A stretch of DNA of 56,411 bases. Origin: Coriobacteriales bacterium (lineage in GTDB: Bacteria; Actinomycetota; Coriobacteriia; Coriobacteriales; RUG844). This document shows, piece after piece, positions 29,601-41,600 of the stretch. The stretch lies in assembly GCA_017434185.1 (NCBI GenBank), contig JAFRFV010000050.1, positions 1 to 56,411 on the forward strand. The letters are read 5' to 3'. The position numbers and the translations under genes are program-made. The notes beneath the pieces are model-generated. The model was not told the DNA's origin and did no database searches. It worked only from the letters and a program-made list of their open reading frames with translations. Within the stretch, counting starts at the first letter, position 1. Every line of letters starts with the position of its first letter.

Positions 29601-32600
29601 GCTGTCGAGCACGAGTACGGCCACGCACGGGGCAACACCCACCATGCCGATGGCACCGGCGGCACCCACCACGCGCACACTGCGTCCGTTGAACACGGCA
29701 CCGGCGTTGGCCAACTTGGTCTTGTCGGCGCTACCGGCCTCGAGCTGAGCCTTGTACTGGGCATTGCGGGCGGCTTCGTCGGAACCCTCCGGGGCGGCCA
29801 CATTGCTGCTACCGGTCCAAGAGGTCACTTTCACGTCACCCGTGGCACTGAGCCTGGATCCGCTCTCGACGTAGGCGACCGCGTTGGCGTGGGTCACGCC
29901 CACGGCGACGGTGGTGGAGACACCCACGATACCGCCGCTGGCGGTGAAGGCCATGAGGTCGAGCAGCAGCTCGCTCTTGGCATTGACGGTGATGTCATGC
30001 GCGGTCACCGTCGCGCCGCTTGCGATGTAGGCGCGGGCGGTATCGTCGCCGCTGATGACCGGGACATCGGCGCTGCCCAGGTTCGCGGCACTGCCGTCCT
30101 TATCCACCGCGTTGATGGCTGCGACGTTGCTGTCGACACCGGGATCGAGCACGTAGTAGGTCTTGTTCTTGAGCGTCTTGTCACTGGTGAGATGGAAGCT
30201 TCCGTCGCTGGCCTTCTCATAGTAGGTGGCAAGGTCGAGCTCGTCGGGATCCTCGACCGCGATCATGTCCTTGGCCTTGGGCGAGCAGTAGTAATACTTC
30301 TTGCCCGCAACGGGAGCGATGTCCGTGGTGTAGACGTACTTGCCATCCCTGAGCTCATAGAGGTTCTGATCCTTGGGATTGCTGCCGGGGGTGACCTCCA
30401 CGTAGTTGGGATCGCCCTGGAAGCCATTGCCGTCGACTGTGTCGACGTGCGATGTGCCATCGCCCTCGAAGATGCCCTCGAAGTCGGTGTCACCCAGCCT
30501 GGCGTTGACGCTCTTGCCAGCGGCAGTCTGCTTGCTGGCCTCGTCCGGGAAGAGGATGCCATTGAGGTCATCCCAGAAGTCGCCCGGCTTGAGATAGTGG
30601 TACTTCTCGTCGCTGTAGCAGTCATCCGTGTGCTTGTGGCCGTCCTTGCCGTCATCCTGGTATTCATCGCAGGTGAGGACCCTGTCCTCGGTCAGGATGG
30701 CGTCGGACGAATCCTGGTCGAGACCGCCACCCACCACGCTCACGAGCACGGTCACACCCACGCCCGCCTGACCGCCGGCGAGGGTGGCCAGGTACATCTG
30801 GATGTCACGCAGGCCGGTGGCATCCACCGTCACGTCACCGCTGCAGGTGACGGCGGCGTCCTTGCCGATGTAGGCCTCGATGCTGTTGTTGGACACGCTC
30901 ACGATGGCGGTCACGCCCACGCCCGCCTGACCGGCGATGGCGGCGGTGCCGGCGATGCCCAGCAGCGTGTAGCTGTCCTTGGCGAGCACGGACAGGCTGG
31001 CCGCGGTGACCGTGCACTTGGCGCCCGCCTCGTCACTGTCCGCGATGAAGGCCTTGGTCGTGACACCGGTCACAACGACGGCGATGGTACCGGAGACGCT
31101 CGCGCTACCGGAGCCGGTGATGCCCAGCACATCGGCGTCGATACGTTCGATGGAATTGGCGTTGATGGTCACGCCGCCAGCAGCGACGATGGCGGCACCT
31201 GCCACGGCCTTCGCCGTGGGAGTGGCGTTGAAGTAGGTGACGGCCACGATGCCGGAGACGCTCGCGGAACCGGAGGCGCCCACGGCGCCGGCGGCGTTGA
31301 TCAGGTGGCTGTCGTTCAGAGCGGCCACGATCACATCACCGGAAGCCTGGACGCTGCCGCCCAGCTCCGCGGTGGTGCTGTCTTCGAAGTAGAGCACGGT
31401 CGCGCCGGCGCCCACGGCGGTGCCACCGGCGGAGATGCTCACGCTGAAGATGTAGAGATCATCGGTAGCGGCGGTGGATTCATCCAGATTGTTGGTGATG
31501 CCATAGGGGCTGCGCTTATCGCCCGCGATCACCTGGACGTCGTGCGCATGCACTTCGCCCGCCCGATAGGCGTTCACGCTGGCGACGATGTCCTTGTTGT
31601 AGGTCAGGACGGTGACGCTGGCGCCCACGCCCACGCTACCGGCGGCACTCAGCGAGCCGGAGACCAGATAGATGTCGGAATCAGACGAGGCGAAGGTCTG
31701 TAGGTCACCCTCCGAATCGTCGTTGGAATCCGCGTCTATGCGCCCGCCTCCGTAGATGATCGCATGTACGGTGTTGTTGAAGACGCCCGTGTTCACCACG
31801 CCCGCGACGCCCGCGTTACCACCGGCGGCGCCGGCCACGGCCACGCCCACGAAGGTCTCGTTGGAGGTCGCGGAGACGATCACGCCCTTGCGCTTACCGG
31901 TCCTGACGGGAACGGTCAAGCCCGCGCCGCCACCTCCGGCGGCCACGACCGCACCATAGCCGATCAGGGCGAGCACGTCGTTGTCCACGACGGTGGTGAG
32001 CACGACCGCACCCACGCCAGCCTTGCCGCCGCCGGCGAAGCCACCGGCTGCGACGTACATCTTGGTGTCGTAGTCCGCGATGACGCCCACGGAGCCCTTG
32101 GTGGCGGTGATCGCGGTATTGGCGGCATCGTTGGTATCCGCCTCACCGATGATGGCGGCCACGCGGTTGGTGGAGACGATCACCGGGATGGTGCCATCCA
32201 CGGCAGCGGTACCACTGGCGGCGCCACCCACTGCCACGATGACCGAGTAGTCCTTGGCCTTGGCGAACAGGAGCACGTCGCCCAGATCCGCGGTGAGCTT
32301 GGCGCCCTTATCCACACGGGCGACGACGTCGCGGTCGAAGACGAACACGTTCACGACGGCGCCCACGGCCACGTTGCCGGAACCGGTCAGGGCGGTGGAG
32401 ACGGCCACCATGAAGGTCTCGGACTCGGCGGCCACGCTGATGTCGTTCTTGGCGGTCACGATGGCGTTCTTGCCGATGCTCGCCAGTGTCTGGGAGCGGG
32501 TGACGTCGACGTTGATGACGGCGGCCTCGCCCACCTGAGTGCTGGCGGAGATGGAGCCGAGCACGTTCACGAGGAATTCCTCGGAGTTGGCTTCCACACG

Positions 32601-35600
32601 CACGGAGCCGTTGCTGGAGCTGATAAGCGCGGCATCACCGATGCTCGCGATGGTCTTGGTCTTCTGGACGAGCACCTGGATGGTGCCACCCACGCCAACC
32701 TGCTCGCTCGCACCGATGGAGAGTGCGATGGGCAGGAGCTTGGCGTCATCCTGCGCATAGACGATCACGTCGTCGGTCGCATCGACGGTCACGCCCTTGG
32801 CGATCCTGGCGATGTAGGAGTTGTCGGTCACGATGACCGGGATGACCGCGCCCACGCCCACGTTGCCGGTGGAGCTGACACCCGGGGCGATGGCGATCAC
32901 CAGCACGTTGGAGCTCTCATAGGGAATCTCATCCACGCTGGGAGCGTCCACCAGATTGCCGTCCTCGTCGTAGACCTTGCCCCAGGACTTGTCGGGCTGC
33001 GAGCCATGCGCGGTGACGGACACGCCGCCGCCCGCGTTGATGACGCTGTATGCGGAGGCGCTGTCGCTGCCCACGGCGGCAGTGGTGGAGCCGTTGTCCA
33101 CGTAGACGTTCACGCTGGCGCCCACACCCACCGTAGCCTGTGAGATGGAGAAGGAACCGGTGATCATGCGCGCGTTGGTACCGCTGGCAGCCTGCACGGT
33201 CATGTCGTCGTCGAGGTCGATGCGGCAGCCGTCACCGATGCTGGCCTCGATCGTGTTGTTGGCGAACACGAAGGCGAAGCTACCGGCAACACTCGCCACG
33301 CTCTGGCCGGCAGCCGTCTGGACGGCGCCGGCGATGGCCTCGGTGTAGTAGTTGGTGGAGGACAGGAAATTGAGCAGGTCGATGGCACCCAGGATAGTGT
33401 CGGTGTCGATGTTGATGTCCACCTTGTAGGTGGTGGTGTTGCCATCCTGCACGGGCTGGACGGTGAGGATGGCCTGATCCTTGGCCTGGGTGATGTTCTG
33501 GTCGGGAACGGCGGCCTTCTTCACAGCGGGCTTGAGGTCGATCAGGTAGGACCAGTCCTTGCCGATCGCGTAGTCACTGAAGGTGACGATGGCCTTCTCG
33601 GCATCCACGGACAGGCTCTTGCCCAGCAGCTGCACGCCGTCTTCCACGACAGCCTTGACGATGTCGTTGCCGTAGATGAGGGCGAAGGAGGCGCCCACAC
33701 CCACCGTGGAGCCACCGGAACCGGAGAGGGCACCGGCGCGCACGGCGAGCTTGCTCTTGTCGTAGGCCTTGACGGTGATGTCGCCGCCGGTCACGACGCT
33801 GTTCTTCGCGATCTTCGCAACGCTGTCGCTGTTGGACACCAGAACGGAGATGGCACCCGCTACCGTGGCGGTGGAGCCGGCACCGGAGGCGGCACCGGCG
33901 ATGGTCTGGGCACCCAGCAGACCGGCGAAGACGCCGTCCATGTTCTGGGTGTAGGTGACGACCACGTTCACGTCACCGCCGTTGGCGTTGGCGTCGCCAT
34001 CGATGGTCGCGTAGGTTTTGTTGCTGTTCACGCCCACGGCAACAGCGGCGCCCACGGTTGCCATGCTGGCATCGCCCGTCGCGGCGACACCGGTGGCGTA
34101 GGCGCGGTAGTTGGCGTTGTTGGTGGCGAGCACATCGAAGCCACCGGCCACGAGCGTGCCGGAGAGCTTGGCTTCGGCCTTGTGGTCGGTGATGTTCACG
34201 GCCAGAGCGGCGGCGAACTGCACGCTCTTGCTGCTGGAATCAGCGGCGGTCGTGCCTTCGGGGGCGGTGCTCGCGTTGGGGTTGCTCGCGGCATCGGGGA
34301 TGTCGGTCTTGCTGGTGTTGGTAGAAACGGCCGCGGTGCCCTCGCTGGTGGGAGGCTTCTCCTCGGTCTTCACGTTCTGGGTCTTCATGACGTTGCTGGA
34401 GAACGCGGCGCCCGGATCGGACTTGGGCTTCTCGGTCTCGGTGCTGCCATCCGCATGCTGGTTGGTGTTGGCGTTCTTATCAAGCTTCTCGTCGGCCTTG
34501 TCCTTGGTGGCGTTGTCGCCCTTCTTCGCGTTGGGATTGCTCGTGGGCGCGTTGGGGGTGCCCAGGTTGTTGACCCAATCCTCGAAGCTCATGATGCCGC
34601 TGGCGAACTTGCTGAAGTAGCGGGTCAGGTCCGCGCCCATGGCGGTGGCGGTGCCCACGGCCTCGTCTTCGGTGTGGGTCCTGGCATCCAGGTGGACGGT
34701 GCCGGCGGCGGTACCGTTGCCCTTGAAGGTGGCGGTGTTGTCACTCGCGGGGATGTTCACGGCCACGGCGGCGCCCACGGCGGTGGATTCACCGCACGCG
34801 CAGCCGGAGGCCTTGGCAAGGGTCGTGCCCTTGGTCTTGGAGTAGATGGCCACGCTGTAGTAGTCGTCGCCCACCTTGACGGGGTCGGTGGTCCACTGCG
34901 GCGTCGCATCCTCGTCATCGGGATCCTTGATGATGCTGGCGCCGGTCGCATCGAGCGTGCTGTTGCTCTCGAAGGTGGCGGCGGCAACGGAATCGATGAT
35001 GTTCAGGGCGAGGGACGCATCAAGGGAGAAGCCCTTCTTGTTGGTCTCGGGATCCTCGAGCGGGTCGGTACCGGCGACGCTGTAGGTTTCCGCGTCGTAG
35101 TCGGAGATGGCATGCACGTCCAAGCCGCCCACTTCGACCTTGCGGTTCTCGTCGACCTTGGCGGTGGTGTTGACATCGGCGACCACCAGAGCGAATGCGG
35201 CGCCCACACCCACGCCCTTGTTCTTATCCGCATCGGAGGGAGCAGCGCTGCTGCTTCCGCCCACGCCCGTGCTGCTCGAGCTTGAACTGCCGTTCGTGCT
35301 GGTGGCTGTGGTGGTGCTGGCATCCGCCTTACCCGCGGCGTCCGCGTTCTTATCCGGTGCGCTTCCGTCGCCGGTGACGGCGGCGGTGGCAACGGTATCG
35401 AAGGCCTCGGAGCTCTGGGCGGCAACGGTCAGAACGCCATCCACGTGGATGTCTTGTCCGAGAGCGGCACCCTCATGCTTGACGATGGTGGCGGTGGTGT
35501 CGCCGTCGACCACTGCGATGGACACGCTGCCCGCGACGCCCACATCGGAGGCGCCGGCGCCGGCAACGGACCAGGTGGTGAAGGTGCTCGAGGAGACGCT

Positions 35601-38600
35601 ACCGGTGTCGAAGATGGAGCGCAGGAACTCATAGGCCTGGTTGATGACCTTGTTGGGGTGGGTCAGCATCGAGGTCGGGAGCATTTCGGTGAGGCAGTCG
35701 GGCAGGAGATTCCACAACGTGTTGACGTTGAAGAGGCTACCGAAGACGTCGTTGGCCAGGTCGCCCGCGATCTTCTGCATGTCCGCACTCAGGTTGGGAG
35801 CGGGAAGCGGGCTCGCCACACCCAGGCTGTTGCCCAGCATGCTGAAGACCTGGGAGAGAACCGCCTGGGCGACGGGGCCCTTCTGCGCCTCGACCAGGTC
35901 GCTGCGGTTGGCCCACCTTTCCTCCATGCGATCGAGGATCGAGCCGTAGAAGACCTTCATGATGCCATTGAGGTCATCGAGGCTGGGAGGCGTGCCGTTC
36001 TCGAAGTAGTCGATGACGTTCATGACCTTGTCGATCATGTTGTTGAGATAGTTCCTGAGTGCCTCGACCAGGTCGGGCTGCATGGGGCTGCCCTTGCTGC
36101 TGTCTATCTGGGCGGCGAGCACCGTCACGTTGCCATCGGCGTCGATCCTGCTGTCGCCGATGGTCGCCGTGGTCTCATGGTTCACTACGTTGATCGCGAC
36201 GGCCGCACCGATGCCGATCCTGGACTTGGTGGCCGAAGCATTGGAGAAGACCTTGGAGTCCGTGTCGCTGTAGGCGATCACCTGCACGTCGCCCGTGGTC
36301 TGGATGACCAGGCCGTCGCAGATCTCGGCCTTGACCTCGTTGTAGGCGATGGTCAGACCGAAGGCCGCGGCGATGGAGACGCTACCTTCGGTGGTCTGCG
36401 CCTGCTGACGGTTGGCGGTCTTGTCGGTTATGGAGTTGCCGGCGAGGCCAGCGGAACCGGTGAGCTTACCCAGCGAGGAGCCAGCGGCGATGGCTTTGTC
36501 AGCTTGTGCGTCGGAATCACCCTTGGATGCCGATGAACCACCCTCCCCGGAATCGGTGGAGCTGGAGTCTCCACCGGAGCCTCCCCCACCACCGCTCGAG
36601 CTGGAGTCGGTGGACTGGCTGGCGGGCTTGGAGCCACCGGAGCCGGCAGCGCCCGCCTTGGCGGTGTTGGTGGTCTGCTGGACGCCCTTGGCGGTCACGG
36701 AGACGCTGTTGGCCTTGACGGAGCGGTTGAGACGCGAGGTGGTGAGGTCGTTGGCGACCACGATACCGAAGGTGCCACCGATACCGACGTTACTGCCCGC
36801 AGCAGCCGCGTCACCGGTGTAGGTGCGGATCATGCTGTTCTCGGCCTTCAGGACGACGTCACCATCGACCTCGATGGGTTCGCCGCTACCCAGGTAGGCC
36901 TCGACGGTCGAACCCGAAACGCCCAGGGAGAGCGCCGGGGTGACCGAGGTACCACCGGCGGAACCCGCCTTACCGGTGACCATCTGGGTGCCGGACTGCG
37001 TGGCCACGATCTCGATGCCATCCAGGGTGGAGAGCACGGTGAGCGTGCCGTCGGGGATGCGTGCGATGGTGTCGATGCCGGTGACATCGATGGCCAGACC
37101 GGCGCCCACACCCACACCGTCACTGCCGGCGTTGGCCTTGGACGAGCAGTCGGCGACGGTCTTGGTGAAGGTCTTGGCGGAAGCCTTGGCAAGCAGCGGG
37201 CCACCGTCCAGGGTGACATCGGCGCCACTCTCGAGCTGGGCGCTGGTGTCGATACCGTTCACCTGGATGGCGATGGCACCGCCGATGGAGTTGTCTGCAT
37301 TGGAGAAGCCCGCGGGCGCCTGGGCGTCGCTCGAGGCGATCGGGGTGGAGGCGTTGATCTTGAGGCCCTTGGCGTTGACCGTGGAATCCTCGCTGATGTA
37401 GGCGCTGCTGTCGTGATCGATCACCACCAGCGCGAGCGAAGCACCCAGCGCGGTGGTCTCCTGCTTGGCGGGCCTGGAGACGCTTTCGACCTGACCCCTG
37501 CGCACTGTGATCTTGCTGTCCTGCTGATCGCAGGAGATGGCGAGGTCACCCAGGATGATGGTGATCTTGCCACCCTCGACGGTGATCTTATCGCCGTTGC
37601 GGACGAGCTTCACCTCGTTCGTACCGTCGGCCTCCACCATGATGCGGCCGTTCGTGACCTTGAGGGTGGTGTTCTTGAACTGGGTGTCCGAACCCACGAG
37701 CACGAAGCTTCCGGTCTGGCTCTCGCCCTTGCGCACGAAGGTGACATCATCGAAGGCGACCTTGCCGTTGTAGCCACCACTGAACACGAAGCTGAAGGTA
37801 CCGTCGATGTAGACGCTCATCTTCTGGTCCCCAGTGCCCTGGTAGGACTCGTAGGTCGAGCTCGACTCGTTGGCGCCGGTGGACTTGGTGCCGTTCAGGA
37901 CGTGGTAGATCGCTGCCTCGGTGATGGTGAAGGTACCGGTGGACAGATTGATGGGAGTGGCCTTGAGGGAGCGCACCAGGGTGATGCTGGAGCCCTCGGA
38001 TTCCCCGGAGGCGGCGTTGAAGGTGACCGTGACATCGTTGCGGTCCGCATCCTTGAGCTCGATCAGCTCGATCTTGTTGGAATCGAAGTTGGTGCCGGCG
38101 GTGACGTCCACCATCAGGTCCTGATTGAGGTTGAGCTTGCTGCCCGCCTCGTGGGTCGTGACCTGACCGCCGGGCTTGCTCAGTTCCGCGGTGCTGCTGG
38201 AACTGCCTTGGCCGTTCTCGCGAAGGATCTGCGAGTCGCTGTTGCAGGCGACGGTGATGGAACGGAAGGTGGCGCCATCCCCCTTGCCCTCCTTGCGCTC
38301 GACCCTGCCCAGACTGTTCTCGCTCGTGGTGATCTTCACGTCACCACCCACGACCTTCTGGATGTTGAAGTTGCCGGAGACGACATGCTCGCTGTCGTTC
38401 TCACCATCGGTCACGGTGGTGTTGTAGTTGTTGTGCAGGTAGACGGTGCCACCACTCAGCACGAGCGTGGCGCCCATGAGCTTGATGCGCCCTTCTTCAA
38501 GGAGCATCGAGCCGCCCATGACACTCACGGTACCGCCCTCGTAGACCGTGGAGCTGGCACCGTCGGTCGTGGTGGTCTTACCGCCGTTGACGATGACCAC

Positions 38601-41600
38601 CTTGTCGCTGTCGCGGTTGGCCTTCCAGGCGATGTTGGCCTTGATGCCGGAGACCATGTCGATGGTGACGTTCTCGATGGTCGTGGTGCCACCGCTGATG
38701 ATCCAGGAGGCATCGTTGCCGCGGCTCACGGTACCGCCCGCGTTCACGAAGCTCGAGCCGCTATCGGGCTGGATGTTGATCGTGGAGCCCTTGGGGATGT
38801 ACTCGCCGCCGTAGATCTCGATCACGAGGAAGCCATCCTTGTTGAGCTTGTCGATGTCGGTGGACTGCACCGTGGTGGAGAGGCTCGCCTGCTCGGGAAC
38901 CTTGGGATTGCTGGTGGAGCTCACGGCCTTGGTCTTGGTGAGGGTCGTGGCATCCGCCAGGGTGACCGCGATGGTGGTCGCGCTGGAATCCAGAACGACG
39001 TCCGCGTCGCTGTTGATGACGCCGCTGCTGTCGATGTGGGCATCAGCCGAGTTGGTGATCACGGTGATGGCCGCGGCGCCCACCGCGTGGATGGTGGAGC
39101 CGGTGGCCTCGGTGGTCTGGTTCTCAGGATTCTGGGCGTTGGGGTCCTGGCTCTGGTTGTCGCCACTGGAGGAGTTCTCATTGTTGTTCTTCTCGGGCGT
39201 GCTGGAGCTGGTGGCAGTGTCGAAGACCTTGGTGGCGGACTTGTTGTTGTTCTCGTTGCCGCCGGAATCGCCGGAGCCGTCCTCGCCCTCCTGGGACTCC
39301 TGCTTGTCCACGGAATCCTTGGCGATGTCGAAGCCGCCCTGGATCTTGTTGCCGTTGGCATCCTTGGGCTTGATGGTGGTCATGACGGAGCTCATGATCG
39401 CCGGAGCCAGCTTGGTCATCTGGGCGACGGTGAAGTTCTTGATCTTGGTGTTGGCGTCCACGGTGGTCGAAGCGCTGGGCTTGGCGGGGATGGCCTTGCC
39501 CGTGGTCTTGACGCTCGCGCTTGCCTGGGCGCGCACATCGCCGCCGGCGGCGATGTTGGTGTCGCCGGTGATGCGGGCGTTGGCCTCGTGCACCGCGACG
39601 TTGATGACGAAGAAGCCACCGGACTCATACGCCGACTCGCCCTTCTTGGTGAGCGAAGCCTGGCCACTCTGGGTGAGGCTGCTGCTGGCCTTGGCGGCCA
39701 TCGTGCCACCGGTGACGATGGTGGAGTCGTTGATGTCGATGTCGGTGTAGCTCACCGTCACGTCCAGAGCCAGCGAGACCGGAACGAGGCCGGTGTTGGA
39801 AGCCGTGAGTTGCTGGATGGAGGTGTTGGCCTTCATGATCAAGCTGCCATCCGTCTGGATCCTGGCGCCGTCGAGGGTGATGTGGTTGTCCATGACGGCC
39901 ACCGCGATCGCGACCGGCAGGGTGACCATCGTCGCATCGCAGGCGATGGTGATGGTGCCATTGGAGAGCATCTGGATGCCCGCGCCGGCGAAGATGCTGC
40001 CGTAGACGTCGATGCTCGAGTAACCCACCTTGACGGTGACGAAGTTGATCTGCGGGATGGGGAGCATGCCGTGGATCTGCTCGGACTTGGCCTCGATGGA
40101 GACGAATTCGCTCGCGTCGATGACGGCATCCGTCTCGATGGTCACGTTGCCGTCGCAGACGAAGTTGAAGCAGGAGAGGTCGAGGTTCAGGTCGTCCTGA
40201 CCTTCGACCACCGCGCTCACGGGGATGGGGATGACGAAGTTGGTGTCGTCATCGAAGCCGCGCAGGATGATGTTCCTGGCGTAGATGCCCATCGCCTGGC
40301 GCTTATCCTCCGGAACACCGGCGCTCTCCGCCTTCTGCAGAGCGGTGCGGACCGTGGTGGCCTCGGCGGCGTTGGCGCGATCCACGCCGTCGTCGAAGTC
40401 GGCGTAGGCGTCGGGCAGGTTGTCCTGCGTGTAGACGTAGCGACCCACGTGGATGGTGGTCGCCTGGTCGATCACGTTGAGCTGGGGAGCATAGACGTAG
40501 TAGATGTCCTTGATCTCCAGGCGCAGGCTGGCGAGGAACGGGTTGGAGTCATCGGTGAAGATCGCGGCGATGACCGTGTTGCCCGTGGTGGAGATGATGT
40601 AGTCGGTGAAGCTCTCGAGTGCACCGGCGTAGACGATGGTCCCGGAGGCGTTGCCGTTCTTGCCAAGCTCGAGCTCCTTGGACTTCTTGCCCTTGAGATC
40701 GTCGGTATAGGCCTCGATATCGTTGAAGTTGAGGATAAGCGCGTTGTGGACGACGCTGTTGCTGCCCTCGGCGGTCGTGGGCTTGTTGGGCTCGAGGACG
40801 AGGCGGGTGGCATCGCCGGAGATGCCGTAGGCGTTCTTGTCCTTGTCGCTGTAGATGCTGCCGGTCAGGTGGACGCGGTCAGCACCCTCGCCGCCATCGA
40901 CGATGAAGTCGTCGGTGTTGGTGGCGACGTACTGCAGCCCGCTGTCCAGGGTGATGAGGTCGTCGCCGGCGCCACCGTGGATCTCGATGCAGTTGGAAGC
41001 GGTTCCGCTCTTGGCGGAGCTCTTGACCGTGATGCTGTCGTTACCGGCGTCGCCGTAGAACTCGAAGTCGCTGGCCTGGGTCTTGGTGCCAAGGCTCAGG
41101 GTGATCGTGTCGTCGCCGGCGCCGCCGTTGACGGTCGCGATCTGCTGCTTGGCCTTGCTCTCGCTGGCCTCCTTGTAGCTGATGTCGACATTGTCGTCAC
41201 CCGCGCCCAGGTTGATGTCCGACTTGTGCACGTCGGTGAGGGTGATGACCACACTGTCGTTGCCGGAGGTGCCGTTGAAGGCGAAGGACGGGGCGTCGGT
41301 CACATCGATCTTGGTGGTGGACGACGCCGCGCCGCTGTAGACGGCGTCGACGCTGTTCTTGGATCCGCCGGAGAAGAAGAGGCCGGAGATCTCGGTCGTC
41401 AGCTCCTTGATGGTGAAGGACGCCGTCACGTTGGCGCCCACGCCACCCTGGGCGAGCGCGTCGTCGGTCGCGCTGACCACACTGGAGGAGCGGATGATGA
41501 TGGTGAAGTTGTCCTTACCGACGAAGGGGTTGAAGGCGGAGCTCGTCTCGCTGCCGTCGGGGTTCTTGGTGACCACCTTGGGCTCGATCAGGACGGTGCC

